6,308 bases of DNA from Zygnema circumcarinatum SAG 698-1b (lineage: Eukaryota; Plantae; Zygnematophyceae). Below are positions 6,284-6,308 of the stretch, in pieces. How positions within the stretch are numbered: the stretch's first letter is position 1; every line of letters starts with the position of its first letter. The notes under the pieces are model-generated. The model saw only the letters and a list, made by a program, of their open reading frames with translations. It was not told the origin of the DNA and did not search any database. Position numbers and translations under genes: made by a program. The stretch is from the NCBI GenBank assembly GCA_037447605.1, contig JBBHKD010000073.1, positions 1 to 6,308 of the forward strand, in the 5' to 3' direction.

Positions 6284-6308
6284 GGTGATCTCTGGGTAGG
6301 AGACTGCT

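Larger units (their letters stand above)
2196..6308 (-). mobile_element. Element C: Ty3/gypsy (probable chromovirus-type) LTR retrotransposon, 3' part; continues beyond right edge
   Basis: Domain order RT, RNase H, integrase, chromodomain-like, PPT, LTR on the minus strand. RT-RH-IN order is diagnostic of Ty3/gypsy. Confidence 0.9.

Noticed and set aside
1-6308. CRISPR array, retron, DGR or other prokaryotic RT system
   Set aside because: The RT is Ty3/gypsy-type with RNase H and DDE integrase; no regularly spaced repeats, no msr/msd or TR/VR pair, no operon structure.

Overview
Eukaryotic, GC-rich window made almost entirely of decayed, nested LTR retrotransposons, all apparently on the minus strand. 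I see no intact host gene, RNA gene or prokaryotic system. Left to right: (A) a Ty3/gypsy-type element with frameshifted gag (1-906), degenerate tRNA-iMet PBS (1007-1017) and a 692-bp 5' LTR (1018-1709), possibly carrying a solo LTR in gag (124-560); (B) a Ty1/copia remnant that A interrupted: gag N-terminus (1710-1939), PBS (1955-1965), partial 5' LTR (1967-2195); (C) a Ty3/gypsy, probably chromovirus-like element running off the right edge: short 3' LTR (2196-2396), PPT, degenerate chromodomain, integrase, RNase H, RT; (D) a 696-bp solo LTR (4037-4732) of the same family as A's LTR, splitting C's RNase H with a 5-bp TSD. The most interesting signals are that both A-family insertions sit at the same pentamer (GTGAG/CTCAC), that the two diverged A-family LTRs keep short near-identical collinear blocks suggestive of an RNA-level cis element, and that their U3 end folds back on itself. 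All protein-family calls come from motif recognition by eye, not database searches. Most ORFs in the supplied track are pseudogene fragments or shadow ORFs.
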